Source of the DNA: Bacteroidales bacterium
GTDB taxonomy: Bacteria > Bacteroidota > Bacteroidia > Bacteroidales > UBA932
Reading direction: 5' to 3'
Length of the DNA: 64,000 nucleotides
NCBI GenBank assembly: GCA_017548985.1
Contig: JAFYYW010000009.1
Span: forward strand, 5,290-69,289
The notes beneath the pieces were generated by a model. That model was not told the DNA's origin and ran no database searches. It saw only the letters and a list, made by a program, of their open reading frames with translations. The position numbers were made by a program, and so were the translations under genes. Below are positions 26,322 to 34,779 of this stretch, one piece after another (the first letter of the stretch is position 1; every line of letters begins with the position of its first letter).

Positions 26322-27551
26322 TTAATTAGCGGTTCCTGAATGATTCTCGGTGCTCCATCCTCCGATTCCGATGATGGTTCCAGCCTTCTTCTGGGTGACG
26401 GTCACTGTGTTGGATATTGACGTGCCTGTCTCTGAGAAGACTATTGTTCCTTCCCTGTTGGCACCGGTATTCTCGGCCACATTGAAGGTGTAAGTGGTCA
26501 CCCGGCCATCTGTCGCGGAACCTACACTTGTGATCCAGTCTACTCCAGAAGCCGCGGTCACCTCAACAGGGGTTGCGGAGTTGATCAGCTGGACAGTGAT
26601 TGTCCCTCCCTCCGTTCCGACTTCTGTCTCAGCTGGATAGACCGAAGTCTTGGCTGAGAACAATTTCCTATAGTTCGGAGGGCAATCCGCTCCGGCAACC
26701 GCTGATAATAAGGCGGTTCCGTCAGGGCACTCAAGTCGCATCCGGATCACTTTCCCGGAGAGGTTGGTCGGAGCGACCATCATCCAGCAACGAAGGTTCC
26801 CGACACTCGCCATCGTGGTCTCTTCGAGATCCAGATGAATGGATTCGGACATTTCAGTGGGCGTGATAACGATCAGGGATGTCTCATCGTCGGCATTCAG
26901 GTTGAAAGTACCCTTAGTCACATACTTTGCCTCATCAACAGAGACTGTCAATGATGAGTAAGTTCCGGGGAGAACCGGCATCCTGTAACGGTGGGGTGAG
27001 CCTATGTTCAGGTAGGTGAAATAGAGCATTCCAGAAGACGGGGCCGAGCCGATGGCTGCGGAGAAACCATAATCTCCCAGATGAGATGTGTTGTCATCCC
27101 CTCTCTGAACCTGTCCGGTATAGTCCAGGGGAACAGCGGCCGGATCGAGGTCATAGTCAGGAATGAATGGTGTGTAACTTGCGTAGCGCGAGCCGCTTAT
27201 GAGGGCGAAGCCACGCCCGTCGAACTCAGCGTCGACTTGGCCATAGTATTGCTCCTGAACGGGGAACTTCATCTGGCTCCCTTCTGAAGAGACGATACCG
27301 ACTGCGTCGCCTTCAGCCCAAAGGAAGGTGAAAGTGTTAGTCCCGGAATCGAATGAATACTCTGTCCTTGTCTCAACATCGTCCCCTTTGAAAGGAGACA
27401 AGCGCATTATCACTTTCGAGATACCGTCCTCGCTATCCAAGACTTCTTCCGGAGCCTTCTGGCAGGAGAATAGGGCAGCGAAAAGGGTAACCGCAGTGAA
27501 GAGATATTGGGGTACTGTCTTCATGGAATAATTAATCATCTTCTTCATCAT
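26322..27551 (-). CDS. Fimbrillin-like lipoprotein with C-terminal BACON domain
   Basis: Lipobox LFSC; WAEGDAVGI; DWIT...FNVAENTGANREGTIVF...VTVTQK. Confidence 0.75.
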   Translation of the reverse strand: MMKKMINYSMKTVPQYLFTAVTLFAALFSCQKAPEEVLDSEDGISKVIMRLSPFKGDDVETRTEYSFDSGTNTFTFLWAEGDAVGIVSSEGSQMKFPVQEQYYGQVDAEFDGRGFALISGSRYASYTPFIPDYDLDPAAVPLDYTGQVQRGDDNTSHLGDYGFSAAIGSAPSSGMLYFTYLNIGSPHRYRMPVLPGTYSSLTVSVDEAKYVTKGTFNLNADDETSLIVITPTEMSESIHLDLEETTMASVGNLRCWMMVAPTNLSGKVIRMRLECPDGTALLSAVAGADCPPNYRKLFSAKTSVYPAETEVGTEGGTITVQLINSATPVEVTAASGVDWITSVGSATDGRVTTYTFNVAENTGANREGTIVFSETGTSISNTVTVTQKKAGTIIGIGGWSTENHSGTAN

Positions 27552-27706
27552 CCTTCATCATCATCAGGGTCTCCGCCGCCTCCCTGGTTTCCACCTCCGG
27601 CGCCAGATGTTCCGCTATCCTGCAACATAACAGATTGATCCTGGACTAACACAATCTCATCAATCCCAGGAACCTCATACTCAATTCTTTCCATCATTGT
27701 TTTCAT
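27548..27706 (-). CDS. Unannotated 52-aa peptide MKTMMERIEYEVPGIDEIVLVQDQSVMLQDSGTSGAGGGNQGGGGDPDDDEG
   Basis: Hand translation, below the 60-aa track cutoff. A-rich upstream region; its TGA overlaps the next ATG (ATGA); Y-x-x-P-x-x-x-x-I-x-L pattern. Confidence 0.75.
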   Translation of the reverse strand: MKTMMERIEYEVPGIDEIVLVQDQSVMLQDSGTSGAGGGNQGGGGDPDDDEG

Positions 27707-27774
27707 TATTGATCAGGTTATTAATTACAGTCATCATTATTATTCCGGCAAGTTACACCTTCTGAAAACTCGGG

Positions 27775-27795
27775 TCAAGTCCACATTGGTTCAAA
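27775..27795. promoter_or_regulatory. Putative operator, copy A (TCAAGTCCACATTGGTTCAAA)
   Basis: 19/21 identical to 30564-30584; lies 69 nt upstream of the peptide ORF. Confidence 0.7.
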
Positions 27796-27834
27796 TGAGG
27801 GCGAGGCGTGAGATGGCGGCAAAACACATATCAA

Positions 27835-27875
27835 AATGACGCCGAGAACATCATTAGCGATGACTCGGCGTCATT
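27835..27875 (-). terminator. Hairpin after the kinase gene
   Basis: AATGACGCCGAG/CTCGGCGTCATT 12-bp stem, 22 nt past the kinase stop, with a short U-run on the minus strand. Confidence 0.55.
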
Positions 27876-27897
27876 CAAAGGGGCAAAATGCTTCCGG

Positions 27898-28974
27898 CTA
27901 TTCAAACAACTCCGTGGCCTGACGGAAGAGTTCGTCAATGAGGTTAGAGTCGGAGGATTTGGCTTTGGGTGAAGGATTCTTTACGGGTTGCTTCTTGGGG
28001 GCGGCGGGATCCTTCGGTTCCGGATTCTTCACTTCGTTCAGAATGACAGTAGTGTCGGGCGCTTCGACAGGCTCAGCGACCGTAGTTTCGACAGGCTCAG
28101 CGACCGTAGTTTTGACAGAATCAACGACTGTAGCCTCGACGGACTCGGGAACCGGTGCGGGACGATTAAACCATCGGTCGAGAATGGGGACCAACGCGAC
28201 GGCGGCGACCAAAAGGATGAAGACGATTCCTGCTAACGCGGGGAGGCCGCTCCGGATGGCTTTTTGCACTTCCGAAACCGAGGCATAACGACCTTCAGGC
28301 CTGACTGACAACAGTTTCCGGACGATAGGTGAATATTTCCTCACCGGGAAAAGAGACATCACCATCCCAAGGGAATATAGGTCGCTCCGGACACTGGCCT
28401 TGCCACCGGAACGCACCTCCGGGGCAGCGAAAACGGCGGTTCCCGCCGGAGTCTTCAAGATCGAAGAGGAATCTGTGTCCGAAAGACCGAAATCAATCAG
28501 TTTGACGTTGTCCCCGTTGAATGTCACAAGAATATTCGAGGGCTTCAAGTCCCTGTGCAGCACCTGCTTGGCATGCATATAAGCCAAAGCGGAACAGATC
28601 TCCTCGACAATCTTGTCATATACGCTCCGCTCATGTCTGCCCTCGGCCAGAAAATCTTCCAAAGTCCGGCCATCTATCCACTCCATCTCGATGCAGGAAC
28701 CCAGGTCGGGATGGGTCTTGAAAGAATAATACTCGCAGATATTACCGTGGCCCAGGGAATAACCGATCTCAAACTCTTTGAGAAGGAGCCTTTCATACAA
28801 TGGATCTCCCCTGCGTTCCTTCTTAAGACACTTGAGAACCCTGAAACGCCCTCCCCTGTCAAACTTCCAGATCTCTGAATATCCTTCAGGAGATGAGCCC
28901 ACAAGTTCCAGGGCAGAGAGACCGGCAGGCGACTCAACCGAAGGCACGTCGAAGAACTCCGAGGAATTATCCAT
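27898..28974 (-). CDS. Hanks-type Ser/Thr protein kinase with one TM helix and a repetitive extracytoplasmic tail
   Basis: VLK, EFE, HRDLKPSNIL, DFGLS, APE and DLYSLG; TM LAGIVFILLVAAVALVPIL; ATG at 28974. Confidence 0.92.
   Translation of the reverse strand: MDNSSEFFDVPSVESPAGLSALELVGSSPEGYSEIWKFDRGGRFRVLKCLKKERRGDPLYERLLLKEFEIGYSLGHGNICEYYSFKTHPDLGSCIEMEWIDGRTLEDFLAEGRHERSVYDKIVEEICSALAYMHAKQVLHRDLKPSNILVTFNGDNVKLIDFGLSDTDSSSILKTPAGTAVFAAPEVRSGGKASVRSDLYSLGMVMSLFPVRKYSPIVRKLLSVRPEGRYASVSEVQKAIRSGLPALAGIVFILLVAAVALVPILDRWFNRPAPVPESVEATVVDSVKTTVAEPVETTVAEPVEAPDTTVILNEVKNPEPKDPAAPKKQPVKNPSPKAKSSDSNLIDELFRQATELFE
28022..28047. repeat. REP-like palindrome (minus strand GTCATTCTGAACGAAGTGAAGAATCC, reads VILNEVKN)
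   Basis: ATTCT...AGAAT stem around an AC-GAA-GT mini-hairpin. Confidence 0.65.
28063..28133. repeat. 24-bp tandem repeat TTCGACAGGCTCAGCGACCGTAGT (two exact copies and one degenerate), reads TTVAEPVE
   Basis: 28063-28086 equals 28087-28110; 28111-28133 is degenerate. Confidence 0.9.
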
Positions 28975-28997
28975 ACCCAAATATCCGCTTTTTTCCC

Positions 28998-29005
28998 TAC
29001 ATTTG
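28998..29005 (+). promoter_or_regulatory. -7 box TACATTTG
   Basis: TAnnTTTG ending 8 nt before the ATG at 29014. Confidence 0.6.
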
Positions 29006-29013
29006 CAACACCT

Positions 29014-29943
29014 ATGCGCAAGGTCCTGTCATACCTCCTGATGCTTCCGATGCTGCTCCTGACACTGGCGGCATATGGGCAGGACAGTCGGATTGATCTT
29101 GCACTGAACCGGTACGAGATCATCTGCGACAAGTGCATTCTCCTGAAAGAGAAGACGTTGAAAGGTGAGGACATCTCCACTGATGAGCTAAAGGAATTGC
29201 TGGAGCAAGTCTCGGATTTGAGAACTACCCTCCAGAAAGGCTCGAATAACATGTCCAAATCGCAGAAGGATAGATTTGAGATCATCCGCAGAAGATACAT
29301 CGCCGCGTTCTCAGGCCAGAGCGCCATCACAGACGGCGCGGTTTTGAAGGTCGCGAGGCCGGAACTGGACTTGCCGAGGCTGTCTTGGAGGCCAGAGACT
29401 GGGGTAATCGGAACGGAGATTCTTCACTCAGCCTTCGGCTACGCTCAGAGTGACAACAGGAACGCCCGGAAGGAACTCTCACTCAGCCTTATTATTCTTG
29501 GAGGATGGAGGCCAGAATCTCTCTCATACGGAGCATTGGCTTCAATAACCGATGGAAAATCAGGCGTTTACATAAAAGGTCGCTCAAACTTCAATAATCA
29601 GGTCAAGGCAGTGTATTCCTGTCTCAGCGACGGCACCTCAAACGGCTCCCCCATCTGGACTAGCGGCAATGAACTCCACTCTGAATGGAGCCTCGGGGCA
29701 GGAGGAATCTTACATATCGCTGGACCAGTGAGCATTTATGCAGGATCAGGCTACGGCCAGACCCAGACCCTTTGGGAAGACTCGGCAGGTAAATGGGCTC
29801 GGGTTGAGGACTATTCAGTCAAAGGAATATGCGCCGATGCCGGACTATTGCTCTCCTTAGGGCACTTCGCTGCCAGCGCAGGAATCAGCACCATCGGCAT
29901 GAAGAAAGCAACCTTAGAAGTCGGTCTTGGAATCAGTTTCTAA
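29014..29943 (+). CDS. Outer-membrane beta-barrel protein with an N-terminal helical domain
   Basis: Signal peptide; helical segment (LNRYE...ELLEQVSDL...MSKSQKDRF); alternating beta strands; C-terminal LEVGLGISF. Confidence 0.7.
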   Translation: MRKVLSYLLMLPMLLLTLAAYGQDSRIDLALNRYEIICDKCILLKEKTLKGEDISTDELKELLEQVSDLRTTLQKGSNNMSKSQKDRFEIIRRRYIAAFSGQSAITDGAVLKVARPELDLPRLSWRPETGVIGTEILHSAFGYAQSDNRNARKELSLSLIILGGWRPESLSYGALASITDGKSGVYIKGRSNFNNQVKAVYSCLSDGTSNGSPIWTSGNELHSEWSLGAGGILHIAGPVSIYAGSGYGQTQTLWEDSAGKWARVEDYSVKGICADAGLLLSLGHFAASAGISTIGMKKATLEVGLGISF

Positions 29944-29944
29944 A

Positions 29945-30529
29945 CTATTCAGACTTAAGCACTTCCAACACATTGAGCCCCTCGGCCTTCGCGGCGACAT
30001 AAGGAGGGGTCGCGGATCCGTCGGAGCGGCGGAGTGAGGCAATGAACAGCGGAGCCCCCAGGATAAATTCCGAAGCCTCGAAACGATCGCCCGGTCTCAG
30101 CTTGGTGTTCTCAGCGGATTCCACCTCGAAAGACGTCCCGCCAAGGAACTTGATCTTTACCAACCGGTTAGGTGCCCAGCCAAGCAGTAGTTCCGCCCCT
30201 CCCTTCAATGAAGCGGCCTCCACGGTCTTGGAAGTGAAAAATGATGAGACCACCGCTCCGGAAGCCTTAAGCGCTTCTCTAAAAGCCTTGAAATCCCTAT
30301 AACCGATGTATCGGCTGAGAGCGTCCATCGTCGCGATTCTCGGAGTAGATGAATATGACACATATCCCCAAAGTCTCTTGATAGTAGAAGCGGAGATCAA
30401 AGCACTTGTCTCCCGTTCTATCACGAAAGAGAGCAGTTCATAATCAGTTGTGGTGGAAAGACGATGGCCGAATTTCACTTCGACTTGACGGAGAAGCTCT
30501 CCCAATTCCGGTATGAAAGGTGTTCCCAT
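29945..30529 (-). CDS. Putative HTH DNA-binding protein with a C-terminal beta-rich domain
   Basis: ISASTIKRLWGY...PRIATMDALSRYIGY.DF resembles an XRE-like HTH seen in Bacteroidetes; ATG at 30529 (TTG at 30553 is the alternative). Confidence 0.65.
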   Translation of the reverse strand: MGTPFIPELGELLRQVEVKFGHRLSTTTDYELLSFVIERETSALISASTIKRLWGYVSYSSTPRIATMDALSRYIGYRDFKAFREALKASGAVVSSFFTSKTVEAASLKGGAELLLGWAPNRLVKIKFLGGTSFEVESAENTKLRPGDRFEASEFILGAPLFIASLRRSDGSATPPYVAAKAEGLNVLEVLKSE

Positions 30530-30549
30530 GACTCCGCGAAAATACCTTG

Positions 30550-30584
30550 CCAAGTTGGTTCAATCAAGTCCATGTTGGTTCAAA
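30550..30584. promoter_or_regulatory. Putative operator, copy B (30564-30584) plus a partial copy (30550-30563)
   Basis: TCAAGTCCATGTTGGTTCAAA and CCAAGTTGGTTCAA; the CCA-N3-TGGTTCAA cores are 20 bp apart. Confidence 0.7.
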
Positions 30585-30588
30585 ATTA
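30581..30588 (-). promoter_or_regulatory. -7 box TAATTTTG for the HTH gene
   Basis: TAnnTTTG whose TTTG overlaps operator copy B. Confidence 0.65.
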
Positions 30589-30596
30589 ACCATGGA

Positions 30597-33287
30597 TCAC
30601 TTGATGACAATCTTTGTCCCGGAGGGGACATGAGCCTCGTCCCGGTTCATTGTGACACCCGGAAGCGACTGATTTGAAGACACATAAACTGTCTGTAAGA
30701 CATTGTTCCCCATCGCGTCATTCATCGGGGAACAATAAAGTCCGACTCTCCGTCCATCCCATATTCCGGTCCCCAGTTCGGGATTACAGGAGACATCCAG
30801 CGTGGTTATAAGGTTGCCTCCGCAGTCAAGGCAAGCAAGCCTGTCAAGTTTGGACAAATCCAATGAAGACAGTTTATTACCACTGCAGTTAATATACTCC
30901 AACTTCGTGTTAGAGCACAAAGGAAGTTCCGTCAATTTATTGTCATCACAGAACAAGTATTTCAATTCCTTGTTCTCTGACAGATCCAAGGCCGCGATAT
31001 CATTGGACCAGCAGCGTAATTCATTAAGCTTGGGATTATGGGAAAGGTCGAGTGATGACAGGCCGGTAATGTCGCAGCAAAGGTATTCAAGCTCCGGGTT
31101 ATTCGAGACATCAAGTCTACCGAGGGAATTGTTGTTCCCAACATTAAGGTACTTCAGCCTCGGATTGCGGTAAAGGTCAAGATTCGTTATACGGTTCCCT
31201 CCTATGCTCAGATATTCCAACAATGGGAGGCGAGGCACCAGATTCTCAATCATTCCGCTATGCGTCGGACAATCATCCAACTCGAGATGACGCAACTTGG
31301 AATTCAGGGTGAGGTCAGAGAGTTTCCCGCTCGTGTAGTTGATCCGGAATTCTTCGAGATTCGGACAACCGGACACATCCACGTCGAACTCCTTGTCATC
31401 ACGAGAGTCTCTCAACTCAAGGTATTCCAGTTTCCTGAAGCCAGAGAAATCCGGAACCTTCCCATAACATCCCCTTGCCTCGAAATACTTAAGCTTTGTG
31501 AGATGGGAGATATCGGGGTAGTCCATATTGCTGAAAGACAGAAAGATACGCTCCAACTCGGAATTGTTTGACAAGTCGGTGGAATGGATAGTCTCGCCAA
31601 GATGGGCGTTGTGGGATAGGGACAACAAGACAAGTTTAGGATTGTTGGATACATCTACCCGACGGAGGGTGCCAAGAGGGCCGCAAGTAAGTCCGTCGTC
31701 GTACCATTTCCCAACGCAAGCAAGATAATCAAGATTGGGCATATATTCGATTCCCTGGAGAGACTCCACACCCCAGTCCTCCGAATCCATCGATATGCTA
31801 GTGATCTTTTCAGCCTCAGAGTAACTGATCGCTCCGTCCCCATCAAGGTCAAAGTTGGCCACCAGATATGCTTTGAATCCTTCGTCCTCTATCGGAATTA
31901 TCCCTTGCTTGAGGATTTGAATGACCGTCTCTTCCGGAACCATATCATTGTCCCTATCCGGAGAAATACCCGGAATATACTGATTCTCAGCAACAAACAA
32001 AGTCGTCAGCAAGTTATTGCCCATCTCATCATTCATAGGAGAACAATGAAGACCACAGTCTTTCTCCTGGGGGTACGATCCTAGGGAGAGATTCCTCGAC
32101 ACATCAAGGCTTGTGATCTTATTACCCCAGCATATTACCATAATAAGACGGGGATTATTGGACAAGATCAGGCTTCGCAAGGCGCAATTCCAACAAGATA
32201 ATTCCTCAAGAAGCGGGTTCCTGGACAAGTCGATATGCTGGATATCATTGTCATTGAATGCCAGACGGAGCAGTTTCGGGTTATGGGTGACATCAAGGCT
32301 TGTCAGTCCCGTATTGGCGCATCCCAGATCGACAAGGTTCGGCATACCGGACACGTCTATACTGCCCAAGGGGTTGTCCCAACAGGCTAACTGCTCAATG
32401 CTGCCAGGGAGCAAACAGGAAGATATGTTATTATTTATACAGTTCAAGAATCTTAACCTTGTGTCTTTCGAAAGATCCAACTCCGTCAACTCGTTGAACC
32501 CGACGTTTATGGATACCAGCTTAGGCGCTCCCGAGAAATCTATGCTTTTAATCAGGTTGTTATCGCAGTAGATTTCCTCCAGCATAGGATTGTCCCCAAG
32601 CTTGAGTTCCCTTATCATGTTACCATCACATTTCAGGGAACGTAGTTTGGTATTCGCGCTAACATCAATGGCTTCCAGCAATCCGGGATGTGATCCATAC
32701 CCATAAGTGCCTTCTGGAGCCCCGGGACAAGACAGGTATGTCAAGTTCTTGAAACACTCTATTCCAGATACGGAAGTGATAAGGTCCGATATGACTTCTA
32801 TGCTGGTTATCTTAAGCCCCTCCTCTTCTGAAAGGAACCCGTCACCGTCGGTGTCGAAGTTCTCCAGGATATAGCGGCGGAAATATGGATCCGGTATATC
32901 GATGCCCGCTGGCTCATCAGCTGGCTCAGGGACCGTGAAACTGCCGCTTTGTGATCTGACTTCAGACTCCCTCGCCCTGGCGAAAGCGTACCACTGATAG
33001 GCCTTTCCAGGAGTGAGCCCGGTCACGACAGATTTGAAGGAAGTTGTTAACAATTCACAAGTTACAGTACGCTTCTCTTCACCGTCAGTCCAGATCACAA
33101 AACCGCATGCCTCAGCCCTGGGAGCAGATAATTCACATCTGAAGGTAGCCGCCGTGCCACTCACCTCAGCCTCGGCCGACACTATCGCCGGAGCCAAATA
33201 CTCCTCACTCTCCTTCTCCGGCGCACAGGAGAAGAAAAGCGACGCGGAAATAAATCCTGGCAATATCCAAAAGAGGTGTTTCAGCAT
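30597..33287 (-). CDS. Leucine-rich-repeat surface lipoprotein with two D-x-D-G-D-G modules
   Basis: MLKHLFWILPGFISASLFFSC lipobox (ATG at 33287); ENFDTDGDG and ANFDLDGDG; many LDLS.N..L..L.C..N repeats. Confidence 0.85.
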   Translation of the reverse strand: MLKHLFWILPGFISASLFFSCAPEKESEEYLAPAIVSAEAEVSGTAATFRCELSAPRAEACGFVIWTDGEEKRTVTCELLTTSFKSVVTGLTPGKAYQWYAFARARESEVRSQSGSFTVPEPADEPAGIDIPDPYFRRYILENFDTDGDGFLSEEEGLKITSIEVISDLITSVSGIECFKNLTYLSCPGAPEGTYGYGSHPGLLEAIDVSANTKLRSLKCDGNMIRELKLGDNPMLEEIYCDNNLIKSIDFSGAPKLVSINVGFNELTELDLSKDTRLRFLNCINNNISSCLLPGSIEQLACWDNPLGSIDVSGMPNLVDLGCANTGLTSLDVTHNPKLLRLAFNDNDIQHIDLSRNPLLEELSCWNCALRSLILSNNPRLIMVICWGNKITSLDVSRNLSLGSYPQEKDCGLHCSPMNDEMGNNLLTTLFVAENQYIPGISPDRDNDMVPEETVIQILKQGIIPIEDEGFKAYLVANFDLDGDGAISYSEAEKITSISMDSEDWGVESLQGIEYMPNLDYLACVGKWYDDGLTCGPLGTLRRVDVSNNPKLVLLSLSHNAHLGETIHSTDLSNNSELERIFLSFSNMDYPDISHLTKLKYFEARGCYGKVPDFSGFRKLEYLELRDSRDDKEFDVDVSGCPNLEEFRINYTSGKLSDLTLNSKLRHLELDDCPTHSGMIENLVPRLPLLEYLSIGGNRITNLDLYRNPRLKYLNVGNNNSLGRLDVSNNPELEYLCCDITGLSSLDLSHNPKLNELRCWSNDIAALDLSENKELKYLFCDDNKLTELPLCSNTKLEYINCSGNKLSSLDLSKLDRLACLDCGGNLITTLDVSCNPELGTGIWDGRRVGLYCSPMNDAMGNNVLQTVYVSSNQSLPGVTMNRDEAHVPSGTKIVIK

Positions 33288-33293
33288 TATCCG

Positions 33294-33301
33294 CAAAGAT
33301 A
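33294..33301 (-). promoter_or_regulatory. -7 box TATCTTTG for the LRR lipoprotein
   Basis: TAnnTTTG ending 6 nt before the ATG at 33287. Confidence 0.6.
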
Positions 33302-33355
33302 GCTCATTAAAACAAATAAATGTCCTATTTAATGGATGCAAATCTCCTGACAGAT

Positions 33356-33691
33356 TCATAGCGACTTGACATACTCTTTCAATCCCGGGAGATCCCGTTC
33401 TATAATCATCCAGACCGTCCTCATATTTACCGTATAGTAATCATGAACCAGTACGTGACGCAATCCCTCGATAGCCTCCCAATCCATCCCAGGATGTGAT
33501 GTTATGAATTCCCTAGAGAGCCTGTAAACACTTTCCCCAATGCATTGCAGGTTATATATTACCGCATGACAAAGAATCTTGCTGGCTATGAATTCATCAC
33601 AAGAGGTGGTTCCGGCAAGAAAACCCTCTATGTTTGAGATAGATTCCAGAATCAGATCCAGTCGGGCTGAATCGTTCAATTTATCTCTCAT
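33356..33691 (-). CDS. hepT: HEPN/DUF86 (HepT-like) ribonuclease toxin
   Basis: 111 aa; AVIYNLQCIGE and W..I.GLRHVLVHDY (RX4H); overlaps the upstream MNT gene. Confidence 0.88.
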   Translation of the reverse strand: MRDKLNDSARLDLILESISNIEGFLAGTTSCDEFIASKILCHAVIYNLQCIGESVYRLSREFITSHPGMDWEAIEGLRHVLVHDYYTVNMRTVWMIIERDLPGLKEYVKSL

Positions 33692-34652
33692 AGATCAAAT
33701 ATTTATCACGTTCGGCAGATTGAAGGGCGAAGTCTTTCAGGAAACCATTTTCCACAAGATCCACTTCCCTACCGAGAATCTTCTCAAGGTCAAGTTTCTG
33801 CCGGATTATATCCAGCATGGAAACCTTGATGTCAGAATCATAATCCACCAGCAAGTCCACATCACTTTCCGGTGTCTCCTCCCCTCTGGCGAAAGAACCG
33901 AACACCCATACCCTGCAGACTTGACCGGTTTTTGAAAAATATCTTTGGATATTCGAGAACAGCTCAACTCTCGCATAATCGATAGCGGCAAGTTCATCTT
34001 CCAATTCATTAGAGACACCCCTTCTTGCCGCATACCGACGCATACGATCGACATTCAAAGAATATACTTCCATGGCTTTCTGGAAACACGGCAAATCTGA
34101 ATCGTCCTTATCTTCTTTCCTGGAGAAGGAATCGACAAGTGTCTTTTCGAGAGAGGGCGCCGGACATCCGGACAATTGAATTATAGGAGCTTCCGAGATC
34201 AGTGGCCCTACCACAATATAACCTTCAAGCGGGGCTTGGAAACTTTTGAACGCTTTCTCAAGCACCACCTTTCCATATCCGGTTTTAAGACAAGAATACA
34301 CGAAAGGAATATCACCACGTGCCACCTCCACAAAAAGATTCTGCCCTTTCAAGGATATACAATGATTAATCCCTTCACAATTATTAACCAGATAATCATT
34401 TACTTCCAGCATCCACGGCGTGACCGGAACCTTATATTCAAGTTTCTTTACAGCGACATATCTTCCTCGCCCTGTCCTGGACAGAATCCCTTTCTGAACC
34501 AGAGATCGAATCCTGGAATTCACTGTCGCTATAGGGGTATCAGGACTTGCCGCCAAGAAATCAGACAGCGTCAACTCCCTGCCACTATCAAGCAAATCCC
34601 TTATCTCATTGTTTATTTGATCTATTCTCATCATGAATTCATATCGCATCAA
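33681..34652 (-). CDS. Fusion of a DUF6577/AbiEi-like wHTH antitoxin-type domain with an MNT nucleotidyltransferase (MntA-like)
   Basis: LSRTGRGRY, PLISEAP, PSLEKTLVD and MRRYAARRG, then VFGSFARGE...SDVDLLV...GREVDLVE. Confidence 0.8.
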   Translation of the reverse strand: MMRYEFMMRIDQINNEIRDLLDSGRELTLSDFLAASPDTPIATVNSRIRSLVQKGILSRTGRGRYVAVKKLEYKVPVTPWMLEVNDYLVNNCEGINHCISLKGQNLFVEVARGDIPFVYSCLKTGYGKVVLEKAFKSFQAPLEGYIVVGPLISEAPIIQLSGCPAPSLEKTLVDSFSRKEDKDDSDLPCFQKAMEVYSLNVDRMRRYAARRGVSNELEDELAAIDYARVELFSNIQRYFSKTGQVCRVWVFGSFARGEETPESDVDLLVDYDSDIKVSMLDIIRQKLDLEKILGREVDLVENGFLKDFALQSAERDKYLIYER

Positions 34653-34740
34653 AAATAGTAATATTTCGGCAATATTTATTAATATTTGCCGATTTATTTA
34701 ATTTTCCTATTATTCGATTGTTTTGCCCAAATGAACAATA

Positions 34741-34774
34741 AAAAAACAGCCAGGCCTGAACCTGACTGTTTTTT
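34741..34774 (-). terminator. Intrinsic terminator after tRNA-Pro
   Basis: Minus strand AAAAAACAGTCAGG-TTCAGG-CCTGGCTGTTTTTT. Confidence 0.75.
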
Positions 34775-34779
34775 ATATG

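Noticed and set aside
28063-28133. 24-bp direct repeats as a possible CRISPR array
   Set aside because: The repeats are contiguous with no spacers, are in frame in the kinase, and no cas genes are present.
22040-33287. Diversity-generating retroelement or invertase-driven shuffling of the adhesins
   Set aside because: No reverse transcriptase, no TR/VR pair with adenine-specific mismatches and no recombinase were seen in the window.
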